DNA of 63,346 nt, the filler included, from Octopus bimaculoides (lineage: Eukaryota): the NCBI RefSeq assembly GCF_001194135.2. It is 6 parts of 6 records of this genome, joined end to end, with 100 filler letters (N's around TTAATTAATTAA, not from the genome) between each part and the next. Parts side by side here need not be neighbours in the genome. Positions count along the whole stretch, not along the records: positions 1 to 31,975 come from NC_068981.1; 5 more parts are not named here. One strand, 5' to 3'. The notes beneath the pieces are model-generated. The model was given only the letters and a program-made list of their open reading frames with translations. It searched no databases and was not told where the DNA came from. The first letter of the stretch is position 1, and each line of letters starts with the position of its first letter. Below are positions 12,999 through 24,670 of the stretch, in pieces. Made by a program: the position numbers and the translations under genes.

Positions 12999-13980
12999 CG
13001 TTTATAGGTGCTATATTTGAACTTATATATAATAAAACCATGGGATATTGAGTTATATGATGAATGGGAGTGCATTGCATGTGTTATAAACCATATGGTA
13101 TGTGGTATGCTACATGTAGTTACTATCCTCTGAATAATCCTTCCTAGTTAGTCTGACTTCATCATGTTTTTGGTGATTAAACTATTTGTTCCTTTCTATG
13201 ATGTTCTACTCTACTGATCATATTATATATTTTTGTAATGGCTTTTATGTAAGTAAGCTTCCTAATTATATACCCCTGGGAAACTATAAAATCATGTATG
13301 TAATAGCACCAGTAACTTTACAACTTATAAAATACCTCTTCGGTCTGAATACCTCCAACTGCCATCACTACTACCATACCTATTGCTTCTTCTTTGAGGT
13401 TATTTTTATCTCGCCTCAGCCTCAAATTTTAATACTCTGTCTCTTTAAAATGTAAGTTATATATATTTTCTTACTATTCTCTATAATTTTTTATTATTTT
13501 GTTTTCTTATTTTTAAATCTATACCTATTAACCTCTTATCCCTTATAAGTTGTTACTGTTCTTAAATAGATATATAAACGTTCTAGTTACTTAAATCTAT
13601 GAGAATTGATTATAATATATCCATAATAACGTCTAAATATTTGTGTATATTTGCATGTGTGCACATAGATAAACATATGTGTGTGTATCTGCACACAACT
13701 TTTATTTTTTCCGATTTTTTTCTAATTCTTAGCTTATGGTTAATATATAGACAGCATGGCTTCTCGTCCCAGTATTCCATAAGTAAATACCCAGAGCAGT
13801 CTTTCTAGAAACCACCTAGTAAGTAAATAATTAAGTACATGAATGAATATTAAACTAATTCTATGTAGTCTTCCCTTTATATGTATATATATATTGCGTT
13901 TAGGTTGGTTCTGTTTTACTTAATTGGTAATTTAATATGATATTCAATAGGATTCTAACTTCAGAAAGTCNNNNNNNNNN

Positions 13981-14019
<39 letters not shown>

Positions 14020-14299
14020 TGCGTTTAGGTTGGTTCTGTTTTACTTAATTGGTAATTTAATATGATATTCAATAGGATTCTAACTTCAGAAAGTCACAAT
14101 TTTTAAGTACCAAGTAGCCGAAATAAAATAAGAAAAATCAGTAACGTTCAACTCTGAAAAGATTGCGTCTTTGCAATCCAATCTGACACTCCTAATCCTC
14201 ATTAGTGTTACAGACTTCCAGTGAATGAAAACTGATAGTTTTTCGGTTTTTCTGTGTCCTCAGTAATTTCAAATACTATTATAGTAAGAAACTGTGAGT

Positions 14300-15200
14300 T
14301 GTAATCTAAAGGTTACATTTTGAAGATTTGTTGGTATGAGAGCTAAATTTGAATTTCAAATGAGGAAAGGTTTACAGCGATATTTAAAAGAGAAGTTTAT
14401 GTTAATTGCATGGCTATCGGGAAAAACTAAAGGCAGCAGTATTCGTATTAGCTCTACCGTGAGAGTTGTAATAAAAGGTGAAGAGAGCTGTGATAGAAAG
14501 AGATCAACTGATGCCAGATCACTTCCTCTAAGTGAGAAAGTCATCAGTAACAAAGCTGCAATAGTAAAACCAACACCAAGAGTATCACTTCCTCTAGTAC
14601 AGGCTTTAAGTGTAAAGGTTAGAGATTGCATCAATATTCATATACTATAAAGTAAAAGCGCAGCAGCAATTAAAGCCACATTGAGAGCAGTGGTAGCGGT
14701 ATAAATTACGTGAATAACTTCAAGAAAAACAGCGACAGTAGCAGGAATGAAAGCAACGGCAACGTTGGTGACTGTTTGAAATTAACTCGAGTAGTCGAAT
14801 GCTGGAAAATACTTAATATAATCAACATAAAAAAAGCAGATTCAAAGTTTTGAAAACAGTGTATCTGAAGTGAGACATGAACTGGTTGGAAATTATATAT
14901 GAGTACAATGTCCAATGATTCTTTTCCTGTGTCAAATCAACTGCAAGTTTGAACATACTCTCAAAAGAGAAATCTATCTGCTGTACAGACATGCTGTTTT
15001 CAAAACGGTAAACTTGAAAGGATACTAAATATATTTGGCGAGTTTTACTAGCAGTGAGAAACATTGCAGGCATCAAAGCAAAAGTCTACCCCTTTCATAT
15101 GAACATCAATGGAGGCGATTGTGAGACGATATGTTGGATGTCAAACGATTCTGAAGGGACTCTAGAATTTCAGACAAGGTTAAGGCTGCCGTATAAGGTG
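14300..15200 (-). mobile_element. Highly degenerate L1/Tx1-type APE endonuclease region
   Basis: Minus-strand peptides RLTIASIDV and DLFLSQLSSPFITTLTVELIRILLPLVFPDSHAININFSF..*NSNLAL resemble endonuclease-domain motifs (IDxFL..SDH..W.LNS.LL). Many stops. Confidence 0.45.
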
Positions 15201-16618
15201 GTAATGCCAGATATGCTTTCCATAAGTGCTAACGGTTTTATCACTAAGTAACTCATATTAAAATCGAAATAAATGATTAACTCATAGAAACTGCAACTTT
15301 GGCTGCAAAAGCGTTAAGTGATGGGAGAAACATCTCATCCTTGACAGAGTTCTATCTATTACAAGGGTGTTAATATCTATTAAAGTAGGGAATCGAACAC
15401 TTAGACATGTAAAGCAGACATAACGAAGTGCCTGCAGTAGATTTGAATTTACTCTCAATTGTCATATTCATTTCCCTTAACTTCTACTTATACCGGGAAA
15501 ACAGGAACTAGAAAAAATGAAAATAATGACCTCTTTTTGTTCAAGAAGGAATATTTGCATATTTATCTTTAATACGTCTAGGCAGGTTCTGACACAAAAT
15601 ATGCTGGGCGCAATTTTTTAGACAATAGTATGCTCAACACTCTCGTCTCATTGGCGCAAGACATTCTGGGACACTGGTGTTTGGACATGTGTCTTTTTTG
15701 TTTAGTATTACTGTAAACTATGTTTTGAACTTACAAATTTATTCGAATGGCTGATAAATGATATGATGGGAAAATGTTCGTTCCAATTTTAATTCAGTTG
15801 GATATTGTAGAAAAATTTTCATTCCATCTATGAGTTTTGCACATAATTTTGCTGTATGAAATATTCGTTTAAGTTAAACGGCAAAGATCTTGAAATACAG
15901 AATTTCCGTCAAAATATGAATACCCAAAACTTTTATGTGGTTTAAATGTCAGTCACCAATTTCTTGTTCGAGAAGTATGATGGCTACATGGATCCGAACT
16001 AGATAATTTAGCAGATGCGAACTACTGCTATCATCTGAAGTGGTGGCATGAGCAGATGAGATATTTCAGCTAAGGAAAAATTATTGTGTCTAAAACCTAA
16101 GGCAAACATTCATGTCTCCACCGCTCGATCAGGACTTCTGGCGTGGAAGAGGTAGAATGGTCCGAGCCAGCCGCATAATACAGATAACTGTTATTAAAGT
16201 CAGAGAATGCATCTGGTAAGTTACAACCTGATTAAAATTTTAATTTTAATGGTTTTCTCCCTGCTTTTATAAAGAATTATAACTAACGGTAATGAGTTTT
16301 CTTTTCATTATGGGTATTAGATTCTTATAAGAAATTATTTTACTCACTAAATTATGTTCGTATTGATTTAGAGCTCTATGGTGTCCTTGCGTAAAGCTTT
16401 CCAGAGAAATTTCGCCATATCGTTATTCTAAATTGCCTAATCAGTGAATGATTTTTACTGAAATCTAGATATATTCTCTGTCAATCGAAAATCTTGAAGA
16501 CACACTATATACCTGCTATTCAATTTTTAAATCAATTATAATTTCATTAAATTTCTCCCTTTCTTTTGATCAAAGATGACACGTGAATTCTTGAAGGGTT
16601 CCATATTTTTCAAAATCA

Positions 16619-16980
16619 CAGACGTGGCTGTGTGTTAAGATGTTTCACCCCCCCCCCCCAGCCATATGATTCCGAGTTCTGACCCACTGCATGACAACCT
16701 GGATGGGTTCTATTCTAGCTTGGGGTTGACTAGAGCTTTGTGAGTGGATTTGACAGACGGGAACCGAAAGAAACCCGTTGTACACACACACACGTGTGAA
16801 TGTGTGTGTTTGTCCTCCACCAGTTCGGCATAAGGGATCAAGAGAATAAGTACCAAGCTATAAAAATAAGTAGTTGGAATCAATTTGTTCGACTAAAACC
16901 CAGCGGCCATGCTGGTTCACCTCCAAGGCAGTGCCCCAGGATAGTCGCTATCCAATGCGTGAAAAAAAAAGTTTAAAAAA
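16619..16980 (+). mobile_element. SINE family A copy
   Basis: CGTGGCTGTGTGTTAAG..GAGTTCTGACCCACTGC..GTGAGTGGATTTG..GAAAGAAACCCGT and the 3' half ending GCAGTGCCCCAG. Confidence 0.7.
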
Positions 16981-17095
16981 TGAGATATTAGTAATTTGCT
17001 TCTTAACATGAGACGTGAAACTTTATCATTTTGTTCAATATATTAAATGTTACTCCCACTACGAAATTTCCAGTGTCAACGTAGAAACAAAAATG

Positions 17096-17106
17096 AAAAA
17101 AAAAAA
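17096..17106 (-). terminator. Pol III oligo-dT terminator of tRNA-Thr
   Basis: T11 on the minus strand, 10 nt downstream of the tRNA 3' end. Confidence 0.8.
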
Positions 17107-17116
17107 GGTTCATCCC

Positions 17117-17189
17117 AGCCCCCAGTGAGGATCGAACTCACGACCCCTGGTTTACAAGACCAGTGCTCTAACCACTGAGCTATGGAGGC
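17117..17189 (-). tRNA. tRNA-Thr(TGT)
   Basis: GCCTCCATAGCTCAGTGGTTAGAGCACTGGTCTTGTAAACCAGGGGTCGTGAGTTCGATCCTCACTGGGGGCT. Full cloverleaf, intact A/B boxes, TATA-like TATTTATA about 25-32 nt upstream, T11 downstream. Confidence 0.97.
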
Positions 17190-17559
17190 AGATGCTGTAG
17201 ACTGGGTATTTTCTATAAATATTTATTAACTAACTATAAGTAGGCCGTCAGTTAACTTGAAATATTTCTATTGACTACATATTTTTTCACATTCTTTCTC
17301 CTGTTTTCATTCCACCCACTTCCTATTATTCTTTCAGACATTATGACTGTGTTGGCTTCTGAGTAGTTTTTTTTTTTTGTTTTTTTTTAAATTCTCAACA
17401 CGATCCGTTCGCTGAAGGCGATTGTGGTATTGCACTCACGATCATAAGAACGTGGTTTCGATTACCATTCAACTGTAAATGAGAACCCAACTACGGACTG
17501 GCATCCTGTACAAGGGGGTGGGGGTGGGGTAATCTCGGTTATTTATGCGCCATACATGG

Positions 17560-17790
17560 GCCCGGGATCAAAGAGTGCAAGCACACCACCTAAAATGTTT
17601 TTGCTCAGGAACTGGGAGTGCAGAGGGTGCAAGTGAATCCCCTACAGTTTTTTTGCCCTGGAACAGAATTGCAGAGGGTGGAAGCGCATCTAAAATTTCT
17701 TGCCCGGGAACAGAGGGTGCGTGGGGTGCAAGCGCAGCTTCTAGAATTTTTTGCGGAGTTCAATATCAAAATTTGCACCCCTACTTACTT
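17560..17790. repeat. Short imperfect tandem array (about 40-50 bp units)
   Basis: Repeated CAGAGGGTG(C/G)AAG(T/C)G..T-rich..GCCC(T/G)GGAACAGA units, typical of subterminal repeats of non-autonomous DNA transposons (inference). Confidence 0.6.
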
Positions 17791-18336
17791 CTGTCAGGTT
17801 TTGAAAACTGCGTAAAAAGTGATCTGTAAAAAAGTTAGGTTTCTTCACAAAGAACAGAAAAAAAAACCCCAGAAATAAATGAAAAAGACGATAAGAGCTA
17901 GCTCGTAAAAAAAAATCGGACCTGGGTTTACTTCTCCTAAATAAATTTCGTTTCCGAGCCAGTGATGACACGCAAAAATTAGGTAAACAGCCTTATGTAT
18001 CCCAGGGCCCGAGACTATTATGTCCAGAAATTTATTTACAGTGCATTTGAGCTGACACAAATGCATTTTATGCCCATCAGTTCATTTTTCTCTCTTATAG
18101 GTGTAGACATGGCTATGTGGTTAAGAAACTCGCTTTGAAACCACTTGGTTTCGGGCTCAGTCCCATTGTGTGACACCTTGGGCAAATGTCTTCTATTATA
18201 ACCCAAGGTTAACCAATGTCTTGTGAGCGAATTTCGTTGACTGAAACTGCGTGGAAGCCCATTGTGTATGTATGTATGTATGTTTGCATGTATGTATGTA
18301 TGTATCTATCTATCTATTTATCTATCTATCTATCTA

Positions 18337-18470
18337 CAAGGAGATGCTGAAAAATTCCTGGCTTTAAGGGTGTCGCGAAAATTGGAGGCCCAACTTTCCC
18401 AGTTCTTTTACAGGGCTTTGAAAAACTGAAGGACCACTGCAATAAAAGTGTAAATATGTTAGAGGAATAC
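18337..18470 (+). mobile_element. Truncated mariner-derived MITE (same family as 52244-52459)
   Basis: TA followed by CAAGGAGATGCTGAAAAATTCCTGGCTTT, then a GFEKLKDHCNK mariner C-terminal remnant. Confidence 0.65.
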
Positions 18471-18758
18471 AGCCTTGGCTACGGTTGGTCGGTTTGCGTC
18501 CTGGGGCGAACGGGATAGAGACACTTGCCGTTTAAATAATAGTCAGTCATGTGATGGACAACAGCAAGGCGGGAAAGGGTTGCTTTCTGCTACGCTCGCA
18601 TTTGTTAATATATAACCGTGAGAGAGGTGGTTTCACTACATTATAATGAATGTAACAACATGGATTGAAATTGGAACTTTTCAATTTACAATCGACTGCT
18701 ATTCGACTGTGTTCTGTCATAGAGCGTACACAACCGAGTGTCAGCAATGAGTCAAGAG

Positions 18759-19451
18759 CAGTGGCGGCTCGTAGATAAAATTAGTGGGGGTGCTGCTTCA
18801 GAAAATGTTTAGCCATTGTTTTAATATTGTGTCAATGGAAACAAACATATAAAAAGAAAATTTAGACATAAACTTGATCGGTTCGCATTTTAGCCATTGC
18901 CGGGTAGTGTGTTTAGTTTGCTCGCTGAACACCGCCACGAATTCCCCCTTGTTTTTCAAAGATCCCCCCTAAATCACAAAATTAGGTGGGGTGGAATGTG
19001 CCCCATTTTTCAAATCCTGGTAGCAACACTGAAGCTGGAAGCAGGATAATAATCTAATTCTACACTTTGTCACATTCAAGAATATAAACACGTTTTTAAG
19101 CACAACACACGCAGAGGTAAAAAGAAACACTACTTTTCACCCAGCACTGTCGTTCACGCTGTACTCTCTCTCCCTACTGTGAAACTTCCTATCTCGGACA
19201 TGTGAGCATGCGCGCAGCAGCCAAATTCCGCGTTGCTGAAACTGTGAAGCGCACAGTTCTATTCAAGGATTTTTGTATTTTTTCATAAACTAGGAGATGG
19301 CTATTGACATTAAGCTTAAGGATTATATAATGTGCAAGTATAAAGAAAGAATTAAAGAAAAAAGGACTCATTATATTGAATGTTATCGATAATATTGAGT
19401 GGAGATAAGGGGTGTTACAATTCTGCAGTTCCTATACACGAGCCGCCACTG
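18759..19451. mobile_element. Non-autonomous hAT-like element
   Basis: Perfect 14-bp TIR CAGTGGCGGCTCGT (18759-18772) / ACGAGCCGCCACTG (19438-19451). The 8-bp flanks do not match, so there is no TSD support. Confidence 0.5.
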
Positions 19452-20077
19452 GTGCCAACATCTGCAATTCTAGCTTCCAATTCAGCCTTTCGCTTCCCTT
19501 GACTCGTGAATACAGCTTTGAGAAACTTAAAGTTCTTCACTTGTCTTAGTGATGTTCACTAACATGCAGTGTGCCAAACCAGTGTACCAAATTAGCTTCT
19601 GTTTCTTTAAGATAATCTGCTGTTTTCTTTTTTATCTCCGAAACATGAAGGGTGGGCTTTTGTGGAACGTCGTTCAGTGAAAGGTAGTGTTATGTTAAAA
19701 ACGGCTGAGAACTGCTGCTTTATCTCCGACCCTAATATTAAACAAACGAAAAGAACGAATGACTGGGTTTATCATTTTATCATTTATCTTTTACTTGTTT
19801 AAGGCTTTAAACTGCGGCCATACAGGGACACAAACTTGAAGAATTTTGGTTGAATGAATCGACCATAGTACTTATTATTTTTTTTTAAAGCCTGATACTT
19901 ATTCTACCTGTCTCTTTAGTCAAACCGCTAATGTTACGAGGACGTAAACACACAAGCACCGGTTGTAAGGTGGTGGGTAGCGGGGAGAAACGCGCGCGCA
20001 TGCACACACACACACACACACACACCACACACACGCACATATATATATATGTATGTATGCATGTATGTATGTATATA

Positions 20078-20412
20078 GGCGCAGGCGTGACTGTGTGGTA
20101 AGAAGCTTGCTCTCCAACCACATTGTTCCGGGTTCAGTCCCACTGCATGGCACCTTAGGCGAGTGTCTTCTGCTATAACCTCGGCCCGACCAAACTCTGT
20201 GAGTGGATTTGGTCGACGGAAACTGAAAGAAGCCCGTCAAATATATATGTATATGTTTGTGTGTCTGGGTTTGTCCCCCACCACTACCACTGCCATCACT
20301 TGACAACTGATGTTGGTGTGTTTATGCCCTTGTAACCTAGCGGTTCGGTAAAAGAGAGCGCTAGAATAAGTACTAGGCATACAAAGAATAAGTTCTGGGA
20401 TCAATTTCTTCA
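20078..20412 (+). mobile_element. SINE family A, near full length
   Basis: GGCGCAGGCGTGACTGTGTGGTAAGAAGCTTGC..CGGGTTCAGTCCCACTGC..GAAACTGAAAGAAGCCCGTC plus the 3' half. Confidence 0.85.
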
Positions 20413-20418
20413 ACCCCA

Positions 20419-20578
20419 ACGGACTTCTTTCAGTTTCCGTCTACCAAATGCACTCACAAGGCTTTGGTCGGCCCGAAGCTATAGTAGAAGACACTTGCCC
20501 AAGGTACTACGCAGTGGGACTGAACCTGGAATCAAGTGGTTGAGAAGCAAGCTTCTTACCACACAGTCACGCCTGCGC
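20419..20578 (-). mobile_element. SINE family A head, inverted relative to the 20078 copy
   Basis: Reverse complement of the same head. Further minus-strand copies at about 20590-20760 and 20785-20940. Confidence 0.85.
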
Positions 20579-21061
20579 TTATAATTCTTTTATTCTTTTA
20601 CTTGTTTCAGTCATTTGACTGCGGCCATGCTGCAGCACCGCCTTTAGTCAAACAAATAGACCCCAGGACTTATTCTTTGTAAGCCTAGTGCTTATTTTAT
20701 CGGATCCTTTTGCCGAACCGCTAATAACATCGGTTATCAAGTGATGGTGGGGAAACAAATAGACACAAATATACACACACACACGATAGGCTTGTTTCAG
20801 TTTCCGTCTACCAAATCCACTCACAAGGCTTTAATTGGCCCGGGGCTATAGTAGAAGACGCTTGCCCAAGATGTCACGCAGTGGGACTGAACCCACAAGC
20901 ATGTGGTTGGTAAGCAAGCTACTAACCACACAGCCACTCCTGAAGATATTTTTAAAAATAATAAATTTCTTCTGCTACTCAGCTCAGGGATACACGAAAT
21001 AATTCCTAAAACAATTTTAAATTCTCACAGAAAAAAATTAAAGCAAAATTATTTATATCAC

Positions 21062-21133
21062 AGGGGACACCCGGGATTGAACCGGGGACCTCTCGATCTG
21101 CAGTCGAATGCTCTACCACTGAGCTATATCCCC
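21062..21133 (-). tRNA. tRNA-Cys(GCA)
   Basis: GGGGATATAGCTCAGTGGTAGAGCATTCGACTGCAGATCGAGAGGTCCCCGGTTCAATCCCGGGTGTCCCCT. Full cloverleaf, with T4 and T7 tracts downstream. Confidence 0.97.
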
Positions 21134-22928
21134 AGCTGCCCATTGCTGACCAAAATAACTGTATTTATTGCGTGATGATGTTATTTCTTTAAACATGCTG
21201 ATATAAAAAGTTATAAATATCGCGTTAAAAATAAATCAATAAATGCTAGTACTTAATTTGGATCTGAGAATGTTGGAATGTTTGCGAGAATGATCAAATT
21301 TACACGTTTTATATCGATTCTAGGTTTTTGTTCCATGTAAATAGTTTGTTTAATTCTTTATTGCTGTTCGTATATGAATGTGTGGGTATGCGCGCGCGTC
21401 ATATTATTTATATATTTTAGGATATTTGCAAAAGTAAATACACACACACACACTCACACATCTAACCTATGTTTTCATGCAAAATTAAGATTGTTTAATA
21501 CATATTTAATATCTATTTATTTTCTAATATTATTTAAGTAGATATGTTTGTTGTTTAGTCTCACAGAAGTATTTATTATGCTTGGTAAAATAAATAATTC
21601 TGGATATTATATTGCAGACGTCTCTATGTTGGCTGAAGCGAAACAAAAATTGATACACATCCGAACGTTTTGACTATTATATTTACATACGCATTTCGGA
21701 ATCCAAGGGAGAATATAGTTGTCTTTAGTGTTTAGTTTGCGTCTTCTGTCCCCTACTTAGTTTTCGAAATTGTACATGTTGCATGTCTAGTAATAATACC
21801 AACATCAATCATTCTTTCTAAACTTGGCACAAAGCCTGACATTTTCGAAGAAGGAGCTAGTCGATTACATTGATTCCAGTGTTCAACCGGTACTTACTTC
21901 ATCGACCCCGAAAGAATGAAAAGCAAAGTCGACTTCGATGGAATTTGAACTCAAAACGCAAAGACGGACGACATGCGGCAAGACTTCCGCCCNNNNNNNN
22001 NNNNNNNNNNNNNNNNNNNNNNNNNNNNNNNNNNNNNNNNNNNNNNNNNNNNNNNNNNNNNNNNNNNNNNNNNNNNNNNNNNNNNNNNNNNNNNNNNNNN
22101 NNNNNNNNNNNNNNNNNNNNNNNNNNNNNNNNNNNNNNNNNNNNNNNNNNNNNNNNNNNNNNNNNNNNNNNNNNNNNNNNNNNNNNNNNNNNNNNNNNNN
22201 NNNNNNNNNNNNNNNNNNNNNNNNNNNNNNNNNNNNNNNNNNNNNNNNNNNNNNNNNNNNNNNNNNNNNNNNNNNNNNNNNNNNNNNNNNNNNNNNNNNN
22301 NNNNNNNNNNNNNNNNNNNNNNNNNNNNNNNNNNNNNNNNNNNNNNNNNNNNNNNNNNNNNNNNNNNNNNNNNNNNNNNNNNNNNNNNNNNNNNNNNNNN
22401 NNNNNNNNNNNNNNNNNNNNNNNNNNNNNNNNNNNNNNNNNNNNNNNNNNNNNNNNNNNNNNNNNNNNNNNNNNNNNNNNNNNNNNNNNNNNNNNNNNNN
22501 NNNNNNNNNNNNNNNNNNNNNNNNNNNNNNNNNNNNNNNNNNNNNNNNNNNNNNNNNNNNNNNNNNNNNNNNNNNNNNNNNNNNNNNNNNNNNNNNNNNN
22601 NNNNNNNNNNNNNNNNNNNNNNNNNNNNNNNNNNNNNNNNNNNNNNNNNNNNNNNNNNNNNNNNNNNNNNNNNNNNNNNNNNNNNNNNNNNNNNNNNNNN
22701 NNNNNNNNNNNNNNNNNNNNNNNNNNNNNNNNNNNNNNNNNNNNNNNNNNNNNNNNNNNNNNNNNNNNNNNNNNNNNNNNNNNNNNNNNNNNNNNNNNNN
22801 NNNNNNNNNNNNNNNNNNNNNNNNNNNNNNNNNNNNNNNNNNNNNNNNNNNNNNNNNNNNNNNNNNNNNNNNNNNNNNNNNNNNNNNNNNNNNNNNNNNN
22901 NNNNNNNNNNNNNNNNNNNNNNNNNNNN

Positions 22929-22995
<67 letters not shown>

Positions 22996-22997
22996 AC

Positions 22998-23035
<38 letters not shown>

Positions 23036-23055
23036 TGATGATGATGATGATGATA

Positions 23056-24215
23056 TCTTTCCTTTATTAACCAGTAAGAGTTCACAAAAACATTGGAGAC
23101 GGTACAGGACAGTACAATGTGGAGATACATAAAACAGCGACAACAGAAAATTGAAACAATGAATAATTCCCCGAAAGAGAGAGGCTTCCTAGGGCTGCTC
23201 GTGGATGCCCCACAAAAACTACGGTCGCCCTGACTACTAAGGCAAGTGCTGTCTCCACACTGTCCTTCAACTCACAGGCGCAATCGGACCACTCTTGCAG
23301 CAGTCATCCACCTTTTAACAAAATTGCTGCGAAGCAGCACTTCCTTCTCTACTTTCATTTTCCTTTTCAAGTGAAACTTTAAAAAGTTGATGAGGGCTTG
23401 GCCAAAGAGGAAAGTATCGCTCTTCAGCCCTTTCAATATGGTCCACCACACAACCTGTTTCGCTAAGGCTACCAGGCAAAGAAAGACAGCCTGCCTTTCC
23501 CGGCCAAAGGAAGTCAGTGGGATTATCTTCACAGAGGACTCAGCCGATGGCCGGATCCTTCCTAAATGCAGGTGTTCAACATAAACCCACAAGTCATAAA
23601 TACACGGGCACTGGACGAGAGCATGCAGAACAGTTTCGTCGTTCTGCGTGCATTTCGGGTCAACCCGGCCATCTACTTTACCAACCCTGTCTTTGATGCA
23701 TTGCATGAGGTGGAGGTTGTTGTGGGTTGATCTTCTTCGGATTGCACGTGTTTGGACCTCACCAATCAGCTCCTCGACAGCAAGTGCTAACCACTTTGCT
23801 AGTACCTTGGCCAAAATTTTGAAATCTGCGTTCAACAGCGTTATTCTCCATTTGATTTCACCTTGTCTCGGTCCTTTCTCAGCAGTGCCACCACTCCTTG
23901 ATTCACAGAACTAGGAATTCTCCTGTTCTGCTGCCAGTTACGGTAGCTATCTGCTAAAAAAAAAAAGCCGGCAAACAAGTCTGGTGTATAAAAGTAAAGC
24001 TCGTAGGGCAAACCAACCAAAGCGAACAATTTTCCCCCTTGCAACCGATACTTCCGCGGCTGTTATTGGCATTTCTTAACGCTCCGCCCTCTTTGCCGAG
24101 AGTCGTGGCACGCTGTCGAGGTAGGCACTGAAGTTCATCCTGCATGCCAGTCTACCATTTGTCTCAAATAGTTAGGCAAAGTGCCGCTGAAATGCCGTAC
24201 ACACCTGGTTTTGTA
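23056..24215 (-). mobile_element. Tx1/L1-clade LINE ORF2 remnant, 5'-truncated and internally deleted
   Basis: AFQRHFA..GLPYELYFYTPDLF..RIPSSVNQGVVALLRKD..NADFKILAKVLAKWL..RSTHNNLHL fused to CTQNDETVLHALVQC (CCHC finger) and FHLKRKMKVEKEVL. AATAAA at 23063-23068 followed by an (ATC)n/(ATT)n tail. Confidence 0.88.
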
Positions 24216-24519
24216 CAGAGTATTGTTCTAAACATAAGTAAATTAAAAGTTTGTTTTAAAAGTAATTTGATTATAAGATGATAGTGTGATGCTGAGATGC
24301 TAGTACAAAAGATGTTTGCTATCATGTACATTTAAAAGTTTCTTAACACTGTTTATAGATTAAAATGTACATAACCACATTGAACTCTCCTCGAAAAAGC
24401 TGGCCTTGTGAAGCTGGTACAATTGTTAAACCGTTGGCAAAAATACTTTGCGGTATTTCTTCCTATACATTACGTTCTGAGTTCAAATTCCACTGAGGTT
24501 GACTTTGTCTTACAAGACC

Positions 24520-24670
24520 AAATACATGGAACCCTGGTCATAACACCAACTTGAACTTCTAACTCGTCTCTTGAGGTCTCTGGGTGAGACTTGGAGTCAA
24601 CTTGCATAAACACAAAGCAAAATCATTTTATAATAATAATAATTATAATAATAATAATGATAATAATAAT
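24520..24670 (+). mobile_element. 3' end of a non-LTR element ending in (TAA)n, probably R4/Dong-type
   Basis: GTCTCTTGAGGTCTCTGGGTGAGACTTGGAGTCAACTTG..CAAAGCAAAA runs directly into (TAA)n. No coding sequence remains. Confidence 0.45.

Noticed and set aside
13879-14095. Exact ~90-bp direct duplication
   Set aside because: The copies flank a 10-N gap, which is typical of unmerged overlapping contig ends.
20078-20160. Additional tRNA genes suggested by A/B boxes in SINE heads (families A-D)
   Set aside because: They lack a complete cloverleaf and continue into multi-copy SINE bodies.
21870-23132. Long ORFs in the supplied track (also 4210, 5998, 30173, 47581, 60235, 61561 and others)
   Set aside because: They are open only because of N runs or microsatellites (poly-X, YIYI, HTHT, CVCV peptides).
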